Shown in pieces: positions 1 through 9,529 of a stretch of DNA of 64,000 nucleotides (position 1 is its first letter; every line of letters begins with the position of its first letter). Origin of the DNA: Leeuwenhoekiella sp. GTDB taxonomy: Bacteria; Bacteroidota; Bacteroidia; Flavobacteriales; Flavobacteriaceae. The notes under the pieces are model-generated. The model saw only the letters and a list, made by a program, of their open reading frames with translations. It was not told the origin of the DNA and ran no database searches. Position numbers and translations under genes: made by a program. Where the stretch lies: positions 25,440 through 89,439 of the forward strand of contig CAXPQP010000025.1 of NCBI GenBank assembly GCA_964219495.1, read 5' to 3'.

Positions 1-625
1 AACCCATTGGCGCACCCAATCCTTTTGATAAACAAACGGAAATCGTATCAAATAAACCTCCATAGTCTTTTGGAGATTCATCTGTTGCCACCAGCGCATT
101 CCAAAGGCGGGCTCCGTCAAGATGTAGTCCCAAATCGTGCTCATCACAAACTTTTCTGATTTTTACGATTTCTCTAAAATCGTAACAAGCACCTCCTCCT
201 TTATTGGTTGTATTTTCCAAACAAACCAGAGAAGTCATCGGGCTGTGGTAAAAATCTGGCGGATTGATACTTTCTTCAACCTGTTCTGCGGTTATCATAC
301 CGCGATGACCGTCTATTAATTTGCAAGAAACCCCGCTATTGAAGGACACACCACCACCTTCATAATTATAAACGTGAGCAAATTTATCTGCGATTAATTG
401 TTCGCCAGGCTGGGTATGTATTTTAATAGCCGCCTGATTTGCCATACTTCCGGTAGGAAAATATAGTGCAGCATCCATCCCAAATAGGTTTGCGATGTGT
501 TCTTCAAGTTTATTTACCGTAGGGTCTTCTTTATATACGTCATCACCTACTTCTGCTTTCATCATCGCTTGAAGCATTTCTGATGATGGTTTTGTAAGCG
601 TATCGCTTCTTAAATCTATAATCAT
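1..625 (-). CDS. ltaE: Low-specificity L-threonine aldolase, 5' part (truncated by window edge; not in the ORF track)
   Basis: Manual minus-strand translation from ATG at 625: MIIDLRSDTLTKPS...; later ENTTNKGGG, HLDGARLWNA and CLSKGLGAPMG (PLP-lysine region), typical of threonine aldolases. Confidence 0.9.
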   Translation of the reverse strand, partial: MIIDLRSDTLTKPSSEMLQAMMKAEVGDDVYKEDPTVNKLEEHIANLFGMDAALYFPTGSMANQAAIKIHTQPGEQLIADKFAHVYNYEGGGVSFNSGVSCKLIDGHRGMITAEQVEESINPPDFYHSPMTSLVCLENTTNKGGGACYDFREIVKIRKVCDEHDLGLHLDGARLWNALVATDESPKDYGGLFDTISVCLSKGLGAPMG

Positions 626-663
626 AATCTTTTTAATATCTTGATTCCTGTAAGCTCAGGTAG

Positions 664-1473
664 TTAGCGTAAATGTTCTCCTCCATCAACAGGAATAACA
701 GCTCCATTAATCCAGTTTGCTTCCGGTTTGGTTAGCAAATATACAGCGTTTGCTACATCCTCAGGCGTCGTAAGCCTGTGATTAGGGTTGCGCGCTTTGG
801 CCTGCTCAATCAGGGTTTCGCTTCCCGGAATAAGTCGAAGACTTTCAGTATTGGTAACTCCCGCCTGAATACAATTTGCCGTGATTTGTAATGGAGCCAA
901 TTCAAAAGCCAGACTTCGAATAATCGCTTCCAAAGCGGCTTTTGCAGCCGAAACAGCCGCATAATTGGGTAAGGGTTTACTACTCCCTTCACTGGTAAAT
1001 GCAATGATTTTACCGTGTATGTTGAATCGATTTGCATTTGCGAATGCACTAGCCCAGGAGTACAGACTCACCGCCATTGCCTCTGCAGTTAGCATAAAAT
1101 CCTTATCACTCAAAGTTGCTTCGGAAGGTTTATCAGTATAGATTGGCTTCAAATTACCTTTAGCAATGCTGTGTAACAACAACTGAAGTCTGGCACTTTC
1201 AGATTCAAAAAAATCAAGCACTTTATTAATGGTGTCTGGATTTAATGCATCGGCATTAAATTCTTCAATCTCAACACCAGATTTACGTATTTGATCTAGA
1301 TCTGCTTCAAAATCTGCTAACTTGCTGCGGCGTGTGCGGTGAACGATGCAAATGTGTAAACCTTTTTCTGCCAGCTTTTTTGCTGAGGCCAGTCCCAATC
1401 CACTACTTCCGCCTAAAATAAGAGCCCAGGAATTGGTATTCTTATCTGTATTAAATTCAAAGTTTGTTACCAT
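664..1473 (-). CDS. Enoyl-ACP reductase-like SDR (FabL/FabI-like)
   Basis: Rossmann LGGSSGLG, Y-x6-K (YAAVSAAK), C-terminal WINGAVIPVDGG; overlaps the PKS stop. Confidence 0.8.
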   Translation of the reverse strand: MVTNFEFNTDKNTNSWALILGGSSGLGLASAKKLAEKGLHICIVHRTRRSKLADFEADLDQIRKSGVEIEEFNADALNPDTINKVLDFFESESARLQLLLHSIAKGNLKPIYTDKPSEATLSDKDFMLTAEAMAVSLYSWASAFANANRFNIHGKIIAFTSEGSSKPLPNYAAVSAAKAALEAIIRSLAFELAPLQITANCIQAGVTNTESLRLIPGSETLIEQAKARNPNHRLTTPEDVANAVYLLTKPEANWINGAVIPVDGGEHLR

Positions 1474-2576
1474 TGTATCAAAATGCGTTGAGCTGAAAAT
1501 CCCGGACCAAAACTAAGCATCAATCCATAATCTCCTTCTGGAATTTTTCGGTTTAAAAATCGTTCCAAAACATACAACACAGTAACGCTACTCATATTGC
1601 CATAAAGTCTCAAAACCTCTTTAGTATCGTCTATATTTTTCCCTCGTTCTCCAAAAAGCTCTTCAACGGTTTGCACAATTTTCTTACCTCCGGGATGAAA
1701 AATCAAATGGTTGATGTCGTAAATCTTTAACTCATTACGTTCTAAAAACGGATCGATTATTTGAGGAAAATGAGCTGCTATAGTTTCAGGAACTGAGGGA
1801 TCTAATATCATTTTTAGTCCGGTATTGGTGAGTTTAAAACCCATCATCTGTTCTGCATCAAAAAAATGATACATACCAGTATCCAATACTTTCGGTCCCT
1901 GATCTTCATCCTTTGATGAGAGCAGCACACAAGCACCTCCATCTCCAAATATTGCTGCGCTGACCACGTTTGCCATCGAGTAATCATCTAACTGAAACGT
2001 GGCGGTTGGACTTTCTACCGCAATAACAGCCGCGCGTTTATCGGGATTAGCCTTTAAAAAATTGGTTGCGTAAACCATTCCCGATATTCCTGCTGCGCAA
2101 CCCATTTCGGTAACAGGAAGTCGAGTGATATCCTGGCGTAAATTCAGTTTGTTGATGAGATAGGCATCCAAAGAAGGAATCATTATGCCGGTACAGCTTA
2201 CCGTGATAATAAAATCGAGGCTTTCAGGTGTCCAGTCTGACTTTGACAAGGCTTCATTCAAAGCCCTTTCTCCAAGTTCGATAGCAGCTTTTGTGTATAT
2301 GCTATTTTTATCTTCAAAAGAAGTTGCGGTAAACACGTCTTCTGGAGCCATAATACTGTAGCGTTTATCAACTGCAGCATTGGTGAATATTTTTTTGACT
2401 TTACGACGAAAGCGTTCCTCCTGCCCCTGAAGCCAAACATCTACCAATGGAAGTATATCTTCAGTCTCTCTGTGATAGGGCGGAATTGCTTTTGCAACAC
2501 CACAAATCTTTACGGGTTGGGTATGTTCTATCCCTGTTTTTCTAAAATCCATAAATAACGGAAAGCCCAGCGCCAA
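1467..2576 (-). CDS. Type III polyketide synthase (chalcone synthase-like); start uncertain (ATG at 2552 is an alternative)
   Basis: Catalytic Cys (EMGCAAG), His (FHPGG), Asn (YGNMSS); C-terminal SFGPG. Confidence 0.92.
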   Translation of the reverse strand: MALGFPLFMDFRKTGIEHTQPVKICGVAKAIPPYHRETEDILPLVDVWLQGQEERFRRKVKKIFTNAAVDKRYSIMAPEDVFTATSFEDKNSIYTKAAIELGERALNEALSKSDWTPESLDFIITVSCTGIMIPSLDAYLINKLNLRQDITRLPVTEMGCAAGISGMVYATNFLKANPDKRAAVIAVESPTATFQLDDYSMANVVSAAIFGDGGACVLLSSKDEDQGPKVLDTGMYHFFDAEQMMGFKLTNTGLKMILDPSVPETIAAHFPQIIDPFLERNELKIYDINHLIFHPGGKKIVQTVEELFGERGKNIDDTKEVLRLYGNMSSVTVLYVLERFLNRKIPEGDYGLMLSFGPGFSAQRILIQW

Positions 2577-3229
2577 CTCAATTGATAGTGTTTTACCGAA
2601 AGCTTTTTTGTGAAAGTTACTAATTCCTTTTTTGTAAATGCCCGTTTGATCGAAACGAGTCCGTCGTATCGCGCAATGGGACTGCGCATAAATACCCTGC
2701 TGAATCCTTTAAAAAGGAAATACGCCAACCGACTACGCTGTAAATCATTGATCACAACACCGAGTTTTGACAGCTTGAGAAACTTGCTCAGAAATTGTTC
2801 AATTTCAACATCTGAAAAGTGATGCATAGTAAGTACTGAAAGAACAATGTCAAAAGACGATCGATCAGGATTTAATTTTAAGATGTCCTGAACTTCAAAC
2901 TGAATTTCAGGATAGTCCTGCGATTTCAAACGTGCTAATTCAATACTTTTCACATTAAAATCATATCCCACCAGGCTTACAGTAAGCTTGTGTTTACGGC
3001 AGTAATCTGCCACTGTACGTAAAGTAGCACCATCTCCGCAGCCCATATCGGCAATCTCATAGTGATCCTGAGAATATTTTTTAAAAAAATAATCCAGTCC
3101 TCGTGTCGTAATGCGATTCCCACCTAGCACACGATTGACTAAAGTCACCTCACGAAGTGCGTGTTGTAGAGCAACGGAATCGAGAGTAGGATCGTCCATT
3201 AATTCAGGAAGCTGGCTACGTTCTTTCAA
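2528..3229 (-). CDS. Class I SAM-dependent methyltransferase
   Basis: SAM motif IADMGCGDG, LTMHHF, VINDLQR; TTG start overlaps the upstream TGA. Confidence 0.85.
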   Translation of the reverse strand: MKERSQLPELMDDPTLDSVALQHALREVTLVNRVLGGNRITTRGLDYFFKKYSQDHYEIADMGCGDGATLRTVADYCRKHKLTVSLVGYDFNVKSIELARLKSQDYPEIQFEVQDILKLNPDRSSFDIVLSVLTMHHFSDVEIEQFLSKFLKLSKLGVVINDLQRSRLAYFLFKGFSRVFMRSPIARYDGLVSIKRAFTKKELVTFTKKLSVKHYQLSWRWAFRYLWILEKQG

Positions 3230-4350
3230 GGTCTTAAAGGTTTACCATGGGTTAGACTTATGATTCTTTGCAAGGCAGATGGTATTTTTTGAAGCGTTTG
3301 AACCCCCAGATTTGTCGCAGTATTGTTTTGTAAAACGCGTTGTAATATGCGGCCTGTCTGTAACCGATTGGAAAATGTACTCTTCCAGCGAATTATGTAG
3401 GTTTTCTCCAGCCATTCACGCGATTGTGAATTTGAATCATACTCGATGATTAATTCTGAAAGTATTTTTGCCGAATGTACTGCCATTGCCATTCCATTTC
3501 CACAAAGTGGATGAATAAGACCTGCACTATCGCCACACATCAAAATGTGATTTTTAATCAAATCTTTCTGCACAAAAGAGATCTGACTAATGCTGAGCGG
3601 CTTTTCAAACACTGGAATGGCTTGCTTAAAAAAGTCATTTAGTCTGGGATTTTGAGAAAGAATCGTTTGCTGAAAATTTTCGAGATCACCCGAAGATTTG
3701 AAAGCGTCAAGGTGCGTGAGATAACACACATTTACCACATTATTCTCAACCTGAGATATTCCGCAGTAACCTCCCCTGAAATTGTGTAGACTCACGCGGT
3801 TTTCAGGAACTTCAGCCTGGTAATGCATTTTTACTCCGAGCCAGGGCGTTTTGGTCTGAAAGAAATTCCGCGAAAGCGAAGCATCTAGAACGGAACGTTT
3901 TCCGAAACTACCAATTACAAGATCGCTCTGAAATTGTTTACATGAGCGACAAGTTAATTTAAAATGAGAATTTTTAAATTCAATTTTCTCTACAGTATCT
4001 GTTGTCCATTCACATCCCATCGAGCGCGCCAGTTCTGCAAGATTTGCATCAAGTGTATACCTACTTATCCCAAATCCTCCTAATGGGAGTGTAGTATTCA
4101 GCGATTTTCCTGACGTTGCAGTTAATTCAAACTGATTGATAGCTACAGCTCCCAAATTAAATGGATTAATGGATAGCGATTGCCAGTAGGGAAGAATTTC
4201 GTTTGAAATGTATTCTCCACATACTTTATGTTTCGGGTATTCATCCTTTTCGATTATATGAATAGTAAACCCTGCTCTTTTGAGATGAATTGCAGCAGTT
4301 AAACCGGCAAGACCGGCACCTATGATGGCAACATGTAGATTATTTTTCAA
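3226..4350 (-). CDS. FAD-dependent oxidoreductase (geranylgeranyl reductase/aromatic hydroxylase-like)
   Basis: IIGAGLAG dinucleotide fold, KVCGEY, GDSAGLIHPLCGNGM. Confidence 0.85.
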   Translation of the reverse strand: MKNNLHVAIIGAGLAGLTAAIHLKRAGFTIHIIEKDEYPKHKVCGEYISNEILPYWQSLSINPFNLGAVAINQFELTATSGKSLNTTLPLGGFGISRYTLDANLAELARSMGCEWTTDTVEKIEFKNSHFKLTCRSCKQFQSDLVIGSFGKRSVLDASLSRNFFQTKTPWLGVKMHYQAEVPENRVSLHNFRGGYCGISQVENNVVNVCYLTHLDAFKSSGDLENFQQTILSQNPRLNDFFKQAIPVFEKPLSISQISFVQKDLIKNHILMCGDSAGLIHPLCGNGMAMAVHSAKILSELIIEYDSNSQSREWLEKTYIIRWKSTFSNRLQTGRILQRVLQNNTATNLGVQTLQKIPSALQRIISLTHGKPLRP

Positions 4351-4411
4351 TGCAGGTTGAAGATACTCATAAACGGCTGAATTCCTTTAAAAGAGAAACT
4401 ACATTATATAT

Positions 4412-4451
4412 AAAAAACAAACCTCCTAACAGCCTTAGCCGTTAGGAGGTT
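4412..4451 (-). terminator. Intrinsic terminator after the OmpA-family gene
   Basis: Stem AACCTCCTAAC (4420-4430)/GTTAGGAGGTT (4441-4451), followed on the minus strand by a T-rich tract. Confidence 0.75.
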
Positions 4452-4492
4452 CTCTAAAATCCTGTCAAAAAGGAAATTATCTTTAAATAAGT

Positions 4493-5197
4493 CTATTGAC
4501 CTTCACCTGCCTGTTCTTTGGCATCATTTACCATTTCCTGGTTAGGTACAATTGCAAGCGTCACTCTACGATTTTTTGATCTACCTTCAGCAGTTTCATT
4601 GGTGTATTTAGGTTGTTCCTCACCATACCACTGTGTTGTAAATCTACCTGAAGCTATACCCTGACCTACAAGGTAATTGGTTACAGCCTGAGCACGGTTT
4701 TTAGAAAGTGTCATATTATATGCTGCAGAACCCGTACTATCGGTATGACCTACCACAAGAACATTAGTCTGTGGATATTCGGTCATTACTTTAGCAAGAC
4801 CATTAAGCGTTTGTTGAGACGCTGCATTAATGTCATATTGATTGGTAGCGAAGTAAACTCCACTATTTTCATCAAAATTCACAACAATACCGTCGTCGAT
4901 ACGCTCTACTTCAGCACCAGGAATTTCCTGCTCGATTCGCTTGGCTTGTTCGTCCATACGTTTACCGATTACGTTACCGGCAGCACCACCTACAACACCA
5001 CCAATCACAGCACCAAGTGCCCCACCATCGCCTTTAGTACCCACATTATTACCAATTACGGCTCCGATGATTGCACCACCGGCAGCACCAATTGCGGTAC
5101 CTTTTTGTTGATTATTAGCATTACGTGTTGCCTCACAAGAGGTAAGCATCGCTAAGGAAACTGCAACTAAAGCAGCTTGTTTAAATATAGATTTCAT
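4493..5197 (-). CDS. OmpA-family lipoprotein with glycine zipper
   Basis: Lipobox LTSC, GxxxG repeats, GHTDSTG...LSKNRA...NRRV peptidoglycan-binding motifs. Confidence 0.9.
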   Translation of the reverse strand: MKSIFKQAALVAVSLAMLTSCEATRNANNQQKGTAIGAAGGAIIGAVIGNNVGTKGDGGALGAVIGGVVGGAAGNVIGKRMDEQAKRIEQEIPGAEVERIDDGIVVNFDENSGVYFATNQYDINAASQQTLNGLAKVMTEYPQTNVLVVGHTDSTGSAAYNMTLSKNRAQAVTNYLVGQGIASGRFTTQWYGEEQPKYTNETAEGRSKNRRVTLAIVPNQEMVNDAKEQAGEGQ

Positions 5198-5247
5198 AAA
5201 TTTTTGTATTTATAATTAGTAAGGATTAATTAACCCTCTGTATGAAC

Positions 5248-5733
5248 CTAGTCTGAAATTTTAGAAAAGTTCATTACGATCTTGAATGGCTTGCCATCAA
5301 CCTGTACAGTTTGTGTAAAGGTTAACTCTGTTTCAGACAAATAGTTGATATTTAAGCGGAAACCAGCGTCATTCATTATTGAATTCATTTTCTCATCTGT
5401 AGGTTTCAATAAAATATCATATGAGATGGCATTTTCCTGATCTGGAATACTCCAAACAAAATAACGCTTACCTGGGTTACAAGTAGTGCTGGTAATTTCA
5501 TAGTTACCAAAATTATTATTAGGAATAAATCTCCATGTACTACCTACCATACATTCTGAAGATACGTCGCCAAATAGCGTCACATCATATATACCGGTCG
5601 CATTATTATAATTGATGTTATCCAGATTCCAGTAACCTTTAAGGGTTTTACGAGATTGCTTTACAACTTCGCTAGTCCCGCCACAAGAAACAAGAATAAC
5701 ACTCAAGATTAAGATGCTTATTACTTTTTTCAT
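5248..5733 (-). CDS. Lipocalin-like lipoprotein
   Basis: Lipobox LVSC; lipocalin SCR1-like LKGYWNL; beta-rich. Confidence 0.6.
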   Translation of the reverse strand: MKKVISILILSVILVSCGGTSEVVKQSRKTLKGYWNLDNINYNNATGIYDVTLFGDVSSECMVGSTWRFIPNNNFGNYEITSTTCNPGKRYFVWSIPDQENAISYDILLKPTDEKMNSIMNDAGFRLNINYLSETELTFTQTVQVDGKPFKIVMNFSKISD

Positions 5734-5759
5734 AAGTATTAGGGTTTATAAAATGATTA

Positions 5760-5918
5760 TTATCTGAACAATCTTGAAAGTAAACTGATCAAGAAAAGAA
5801 CGATAAAAATGAAGAATAAGATTTTAGCGATTGACTCTGCACCAGATGCAATTCCACCAAATCCAAAGATTGCTGCTACGATAGCAATGATTATAAATAT
5901 AACTGTCCACTTAAGCAT
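5760..5918 (-). CDS. DUF1328/UPF0391 (YtjA-like) small membrane protein, 52 aa (below the ORF track cutoff)
   Basis: Manual translation [52 protein letters not shown] matches the family pattern. Confidence 0.9.
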   Translation of the reverse strand: MLKWTVIFIIIAIVAAIFGFGGIASGAESIAKILFFIFIVLFLISLLSRLFR

Positions 5919-6075
5919 AATTGAAAAATTTTATTGGTTAGTAATGAGTCAAAAATACTAGTGAAAGCGAGATTGTTATTATTTATTAATAGTGTTTAAC
6001 TCGGCGCTGTTAAAATGAGTTAACGAATAATTGGAGCAGCATTTAAACCAATAAAATTTTAACATTTAAGAGTTA

Positions 6076-8082
6076 CTAGTATGCTTTAAGTTCTTCTAAA
6101 ACTCTAGCTATATGACTTATAGGAAGGTATTGTTCTTCAAGGTTAGTAGCAAAAGGAATAGGCGTATTCAGACTGCTCAGACGCTTCAGGGGAGCATCTA
6201 AATGTTCAAAGCAATGTTCTGCAATGTAAGCTGTGATATCTGCCATTACATTACCAAAAGAACTATCTTCTGAAAGCAATAGTACTTTCCCGGTTTTTTC
6301 AACCGATTGTTTTACTGAATCCCAATCGAGAGGTGACAAAGTTCGTAAATCAAGAAGGTCAACACCTATATGAGATACTTCATTTAACGCATCGAGCGCC
6401 CAATGAACACCTGCACCATAGGTAATAACTGTGACGTCTGATCCCTTACTCAAATGTGCAGCTTTGCCAAAAGGTAAAGTAAAATAAGATTCAGGGACAT
6501 CTCCTCGCACCTTTCTATATAATGCCTTATGTTCAAAAAACAACACCGGATTAGGATCTTCTATGGCTGTGGCGAGTAATCCTTTGGCATCTTCCGGGAA
6601 AGCAGGATAGACGACTTTCAAACCTGGCGTATGTGTAAACCAGGCTTCGTTGGTCTGACTGTGAAAAGGTCCTGCTCCTACCCCCGCACCACAAGGCATT
6701 CTAATCACAACATCGGCAGCCTGCGCCCAGCGATAATGGGATTTTGCCAGGTAATTGACAATTGGATTAAAACCGCTACTTACAAAATCTCCAAATTGCA
6801 TTTCGACAATAGCTTTATATCCATTAATGACTAAACCCATTGCAGTTTCAACTATACCAGATTCACAAATGGGAGTATTGCGCACCCGCTCTTTACCATA
6901 TTTTTCAACGAAACCTTCGGTGATTTTAAAGACACCACCGTATTCTGCAACATCCTGTCCCATTATTACCAGATTGTCAAAACGCTGCATACTTTGGTCT
7001 AAAGACTCCTTTAGGGCATCTATAATTCGTAATTCCTGCTTGGAGCCTTCAGCTTTTATCTCCTTAAAATCAAAAGGTGCATAAACATCCTTCAATTCCT
7101 GCTCTGGTGTACTGGAGATAGCTTCTTCCGCAAAGGTTTCGGTAAGTGCCAAATCAATTTCAGCATGAATTTCCTCTCTAAACTGTTGATCAAATTCCGG
7201 AGTTAAAAGCCCTTCTTCCTGCAAATGATTTTTAAAATTCTCAACAGGATCGCGCTGTTCCCAATACGCAATTAATTCTTCGGGGACGTATTTAATGCCG
7301 CTGGCTTCCTCGTGACCTCTCATCCTAAAAGTCTTAAACTCCAGAAGCACAGGTCGTGGATTCTCGCGCACCGATTGCGCCAATACACTAACCTTCTCAT
7401 AAACCTCAAGAATATTGTTGCCGTCTATAATATGACTTTCCATACCATAACCTACACCACGGTCTGCTAGATCAGTGCATTTAAACTGTTCTGACGTGGG
7501 GGTTGAAAGACCGTAACCATTATTTTCAATACAAAACAATACCGGTAAATCCCAAACTGAAGCAATGTTAAGGGCCTCATGAAAATCTCCTTCGCTCGTA
7601 CCTCCTTCTCCACTAAAAACAGCAACTACCTTTTGTTCTCCTCGTAATTTGTGTGCCAAGGCGATCCCGTCTGCCACGCCAAGCTGTGGTCCTAAGTGAG
7701 AGATCATTCCTATAATTTTATATTCCTGAGTTCCAAAGTGGAAACTGCGGTCCCGACCTTTTGTAAAACCGTTACGTTTACCTTGCCACTGACTGAATAA
7801 ACGCTGCAATGGAATATTACGCCCCGTAAATACTCCCAGATTACGATGCATCGGTAAAATATACTCATCCTGAGACAGCGCTGCTGTTACACCTACTGCA
7901 ATGGCCTCCTGACCAATACCACTAAACCACTTCGAGATTTTTCCTTGTCTCAGTAAAATGAGCATTTTCTCTTCGATCAACCTCGGCTTAAGAATTTGCT
8001 TATACAACTGCAGTTGTGTAGTTACATCTACCGTGCGATTTTTAAAATTTAGTACGGAAAGTGTGCGGTGCTCTATTGACAT
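6076..8082 (-). CDS. Fused E1 alpha/beta 2-oxoisovalerate (branched-chain 2-oxoacid) dehydrogenase; start probably ATG 8082 (track extends to 8124)
   Basis: TPP motif SGEGGTSEGDFHEALN, RMRGHEEASG, beta-part NTPICE, GPFHSQ, DLRTL. Confidence 0.88.
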   Translation of the reverse strand: MSIEHRTLSVLNFKNRTVDVTTQLQLYKQILKPRLIEEKMLILLRQGKISKWFSGIGQEAIAVGVTAALSQDEYILPMHRNLGVFTGRNIPLQRLFSQWQGKRNGFTKGRDRSFHFGTQEYKIIGMISHLGPQLGVADGIALAHKLRGEQKVVAVFSGEGGTSEGDFHEALNIASVWDLPVLFCIENNGYGLSTPTSEQFKCTDLADRGVGYGMESHIIDGNNILEVYEKVSVLAQSVRENPRPVLLEFKTFRMRGHEEASGIKYVPEELIAYWEQRDPVENFKNHLQEEGLLTPEFDQQFREEIHAEIDLALTETFAEEAISSTPEQELKDVYAPFDFKEIKAEGSKQELRIIDALKESLDQSMQRFDNLVIMGQDVAEYGGVFKITEGFVEKYGKERVRNTPICESGIVETAMGLVINGYKAIVEMQFGDFVSSGFNPIVNYLAKSHYRWAQAADVVIRMPCGAGVGAGPFHSQTNEAWFTHTPGLKVVYPAFPEDAKGLLATAIEDPNPVLFFEHKALYRKVRGDVPESYFTLPFGKAAHLSKGSDVTVITYGAGVHWALDALNEVSHIGVDLLDLRTLSPLDWDSVKQSVEKTGKVLLLSEDSSFGNVMADITAYIAEHCFEHLDAPLKRLSSLNTPIPFATNLEEQYLPISHIARVLEELKAY

Positions 8083-8230
8083 ATTCTCATTTAATGAACT
8101 AAAATTAAAGAAAATCATAATCAACGCGGTGCGAAATTTATACCGCTTGAATTTTAAGTTTAGTTTAAAATTAAGCCCTGTTAAAATTTGATATCTTTAC
8201 GTACTTATTAATTTTGATTTCCCATTGATT

Positions 8231-9181
8231 ATGAATAATATCCCAAGCGTAGATCTGTCTGATTTTCTGAGTGATGACCCAAAACGTAAACAAAAATTTG
8301 TAGATGAAATTGGTCGTGCTTATGAAGAGATTGGTTTCGTTTCTCTTAAAAATCACTTTCTCGACGATGACTTAGTCGGTGATTTATATAAAGAAGTAAA
8401 AGCATTTTTTGACCTGCCTGAAGAAACCAAAAGAAATTATGAAATAGAAGGGCTTGGTGGCCAGCGTGGTTATATCTCTTTTGGTAAGGAACACGCAAAA
8501 GGCAAGAAAGAAGGTGACTTAAAAGAATTCTGGCATTTTGGTCAGGACCCTGATGCAGATGCAAATCTTATTGAAGAATACCCCGAAAATGTAGAAGTAA
8601 AAGAATTGGAGCACTTTAATGAGACCGGGATGCAGGCATATCGAATGCTCGAAAAAACCGGTATTTATGTGTTACGCGCTTTAGCAATTTATATAGGTCT
8701 GGACGAATTGTATTTTGACAAATGGGTCAAGAATGGGAATAGTATTCTAAGACCTATTCATTATCCTCCAATTACCGAAGAACCTAAAGGTGCTGTTCGC
8801 GCCGGTGCACACGGTGATATTAACCTTATCACACTTTTAATGGGTGCTTCTGCCGGTGGCTTGCAAGTGTTACGCAAAGATGGAGAATGGATTGATGCCA
8901 TTCCAAACGAAGATGAATTGGTAATAAATGTTGGCGATATGCTCGAACGTCATACCAACAACAAATTACGTTCTACCATACACCGCGTAGTAAATCCTCC
9001 AAAAGAGGAATGGGATACACCGCGTTATTCAATTCCATTTTTTATGCACCCGCGTAGCGAAATGCCTCTAGATTGTATGGAAGAATGTATAGATGCAGAA
9101 CATCCAAAAGCATATGAAGATATCACTGCAGGTGAATTCTTGCACCAGCGTCTTGTAGATATAGGTCTTATTAAAAAGTAA
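8231..9181 (+). CDS. Isopenicillin N synthase-family 2OG-Fe(II) oxygenase
   Basis: IPSVDL start, HGD...H facial triad (AHGDINL; STIHRV), RYSIPFF 2OG-binding motif. Confidence 0.88.
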   Translation: MNNIPSVDLSDFLSDDPKRKQKFVDEIGRAYEEIGFVSLKNHFLDDDLVGDLYKEVKAFFDLPEETKRNYEIEGLGGQRGYISFGKEHAKGKKEGDLKEFWHFGQDPDADANLIEEYPENVEVKELEHFNETGMQAYRMLEKTGIYVLRALAIYIGLDELYFDKWVKNGNSILRPIHYPPITEEPKGAVRAGAHGDINLITLLMGASAGGLQVLRKDGEWIDAIPNEDELVINVGDMLERHTNNKLRSTIHRVVNPPKEEWDTPRYSIPFFMHPRSEMPLDCMEECIDAEHPKAYEDITAGEFLHQRLVDIGLIKK

Positions 9182-9185
9182 TTTT

Positions 9186-9518
9186 ATGGACTTACAAGAC
9201 CAGCTAAAAAATCTTTTTCCAGATCACCAACCAGAACCTGAAGAGCAGGAAGACAACAATGATGATTTGGGAATCTGGATGCAGGAAGACCCGCTAATTT
9301 GTAAATACGAAAAACGGAAAGGTAAACCCGTAACCATTATTGAAGGTTACACAGGTGCCGATTCTGATTTTAAAATTCTTGCAAAAGAACTAAAGACTAT
9401 GCTTGGCGTAGGTGGTAGTTTTAAGAAAGAATCTATACTCATTCAGGGAGATTATCGGGATAAGATAATGGCTTTTCTCAAAGACAAGGGCTTCCGCGTA
9501 AAGCGCGTGGGTGGTTAA
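9186..9518 (+). CDS. yciH: Translation initiation factor SUI1/eIF1-like (YciH)
   Basis: EKRKGKPVT, LGVGGSFK, IQGDYR SUI1 motifs. Confidence 0.85.
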   Translation: MDLQDQLKNLFPDHQPEPEEQEDNNDDLGIWMQEDPLICKYEKRKGKPVTIIEGYTGADSDFKILAKELKTMLGVGGSFKKESILIQGDYRDKIMAFLKDKGFRVKRVGG

Positions 9519-9529
9519 TACGGTAAATT

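Noticed and set aside
3226-4350. Flavin-dependent halogenase in the PKS cluster
   Set aside because: The WxWxIP halogenase motif is absent; the motifs fit the GGR/hydroxylase-like group.
6076-8124. E1 alpha-beta fusion as a novelty
   Set aside because: Fused E1 is the usual form of this enzyme in Bacteroidota.
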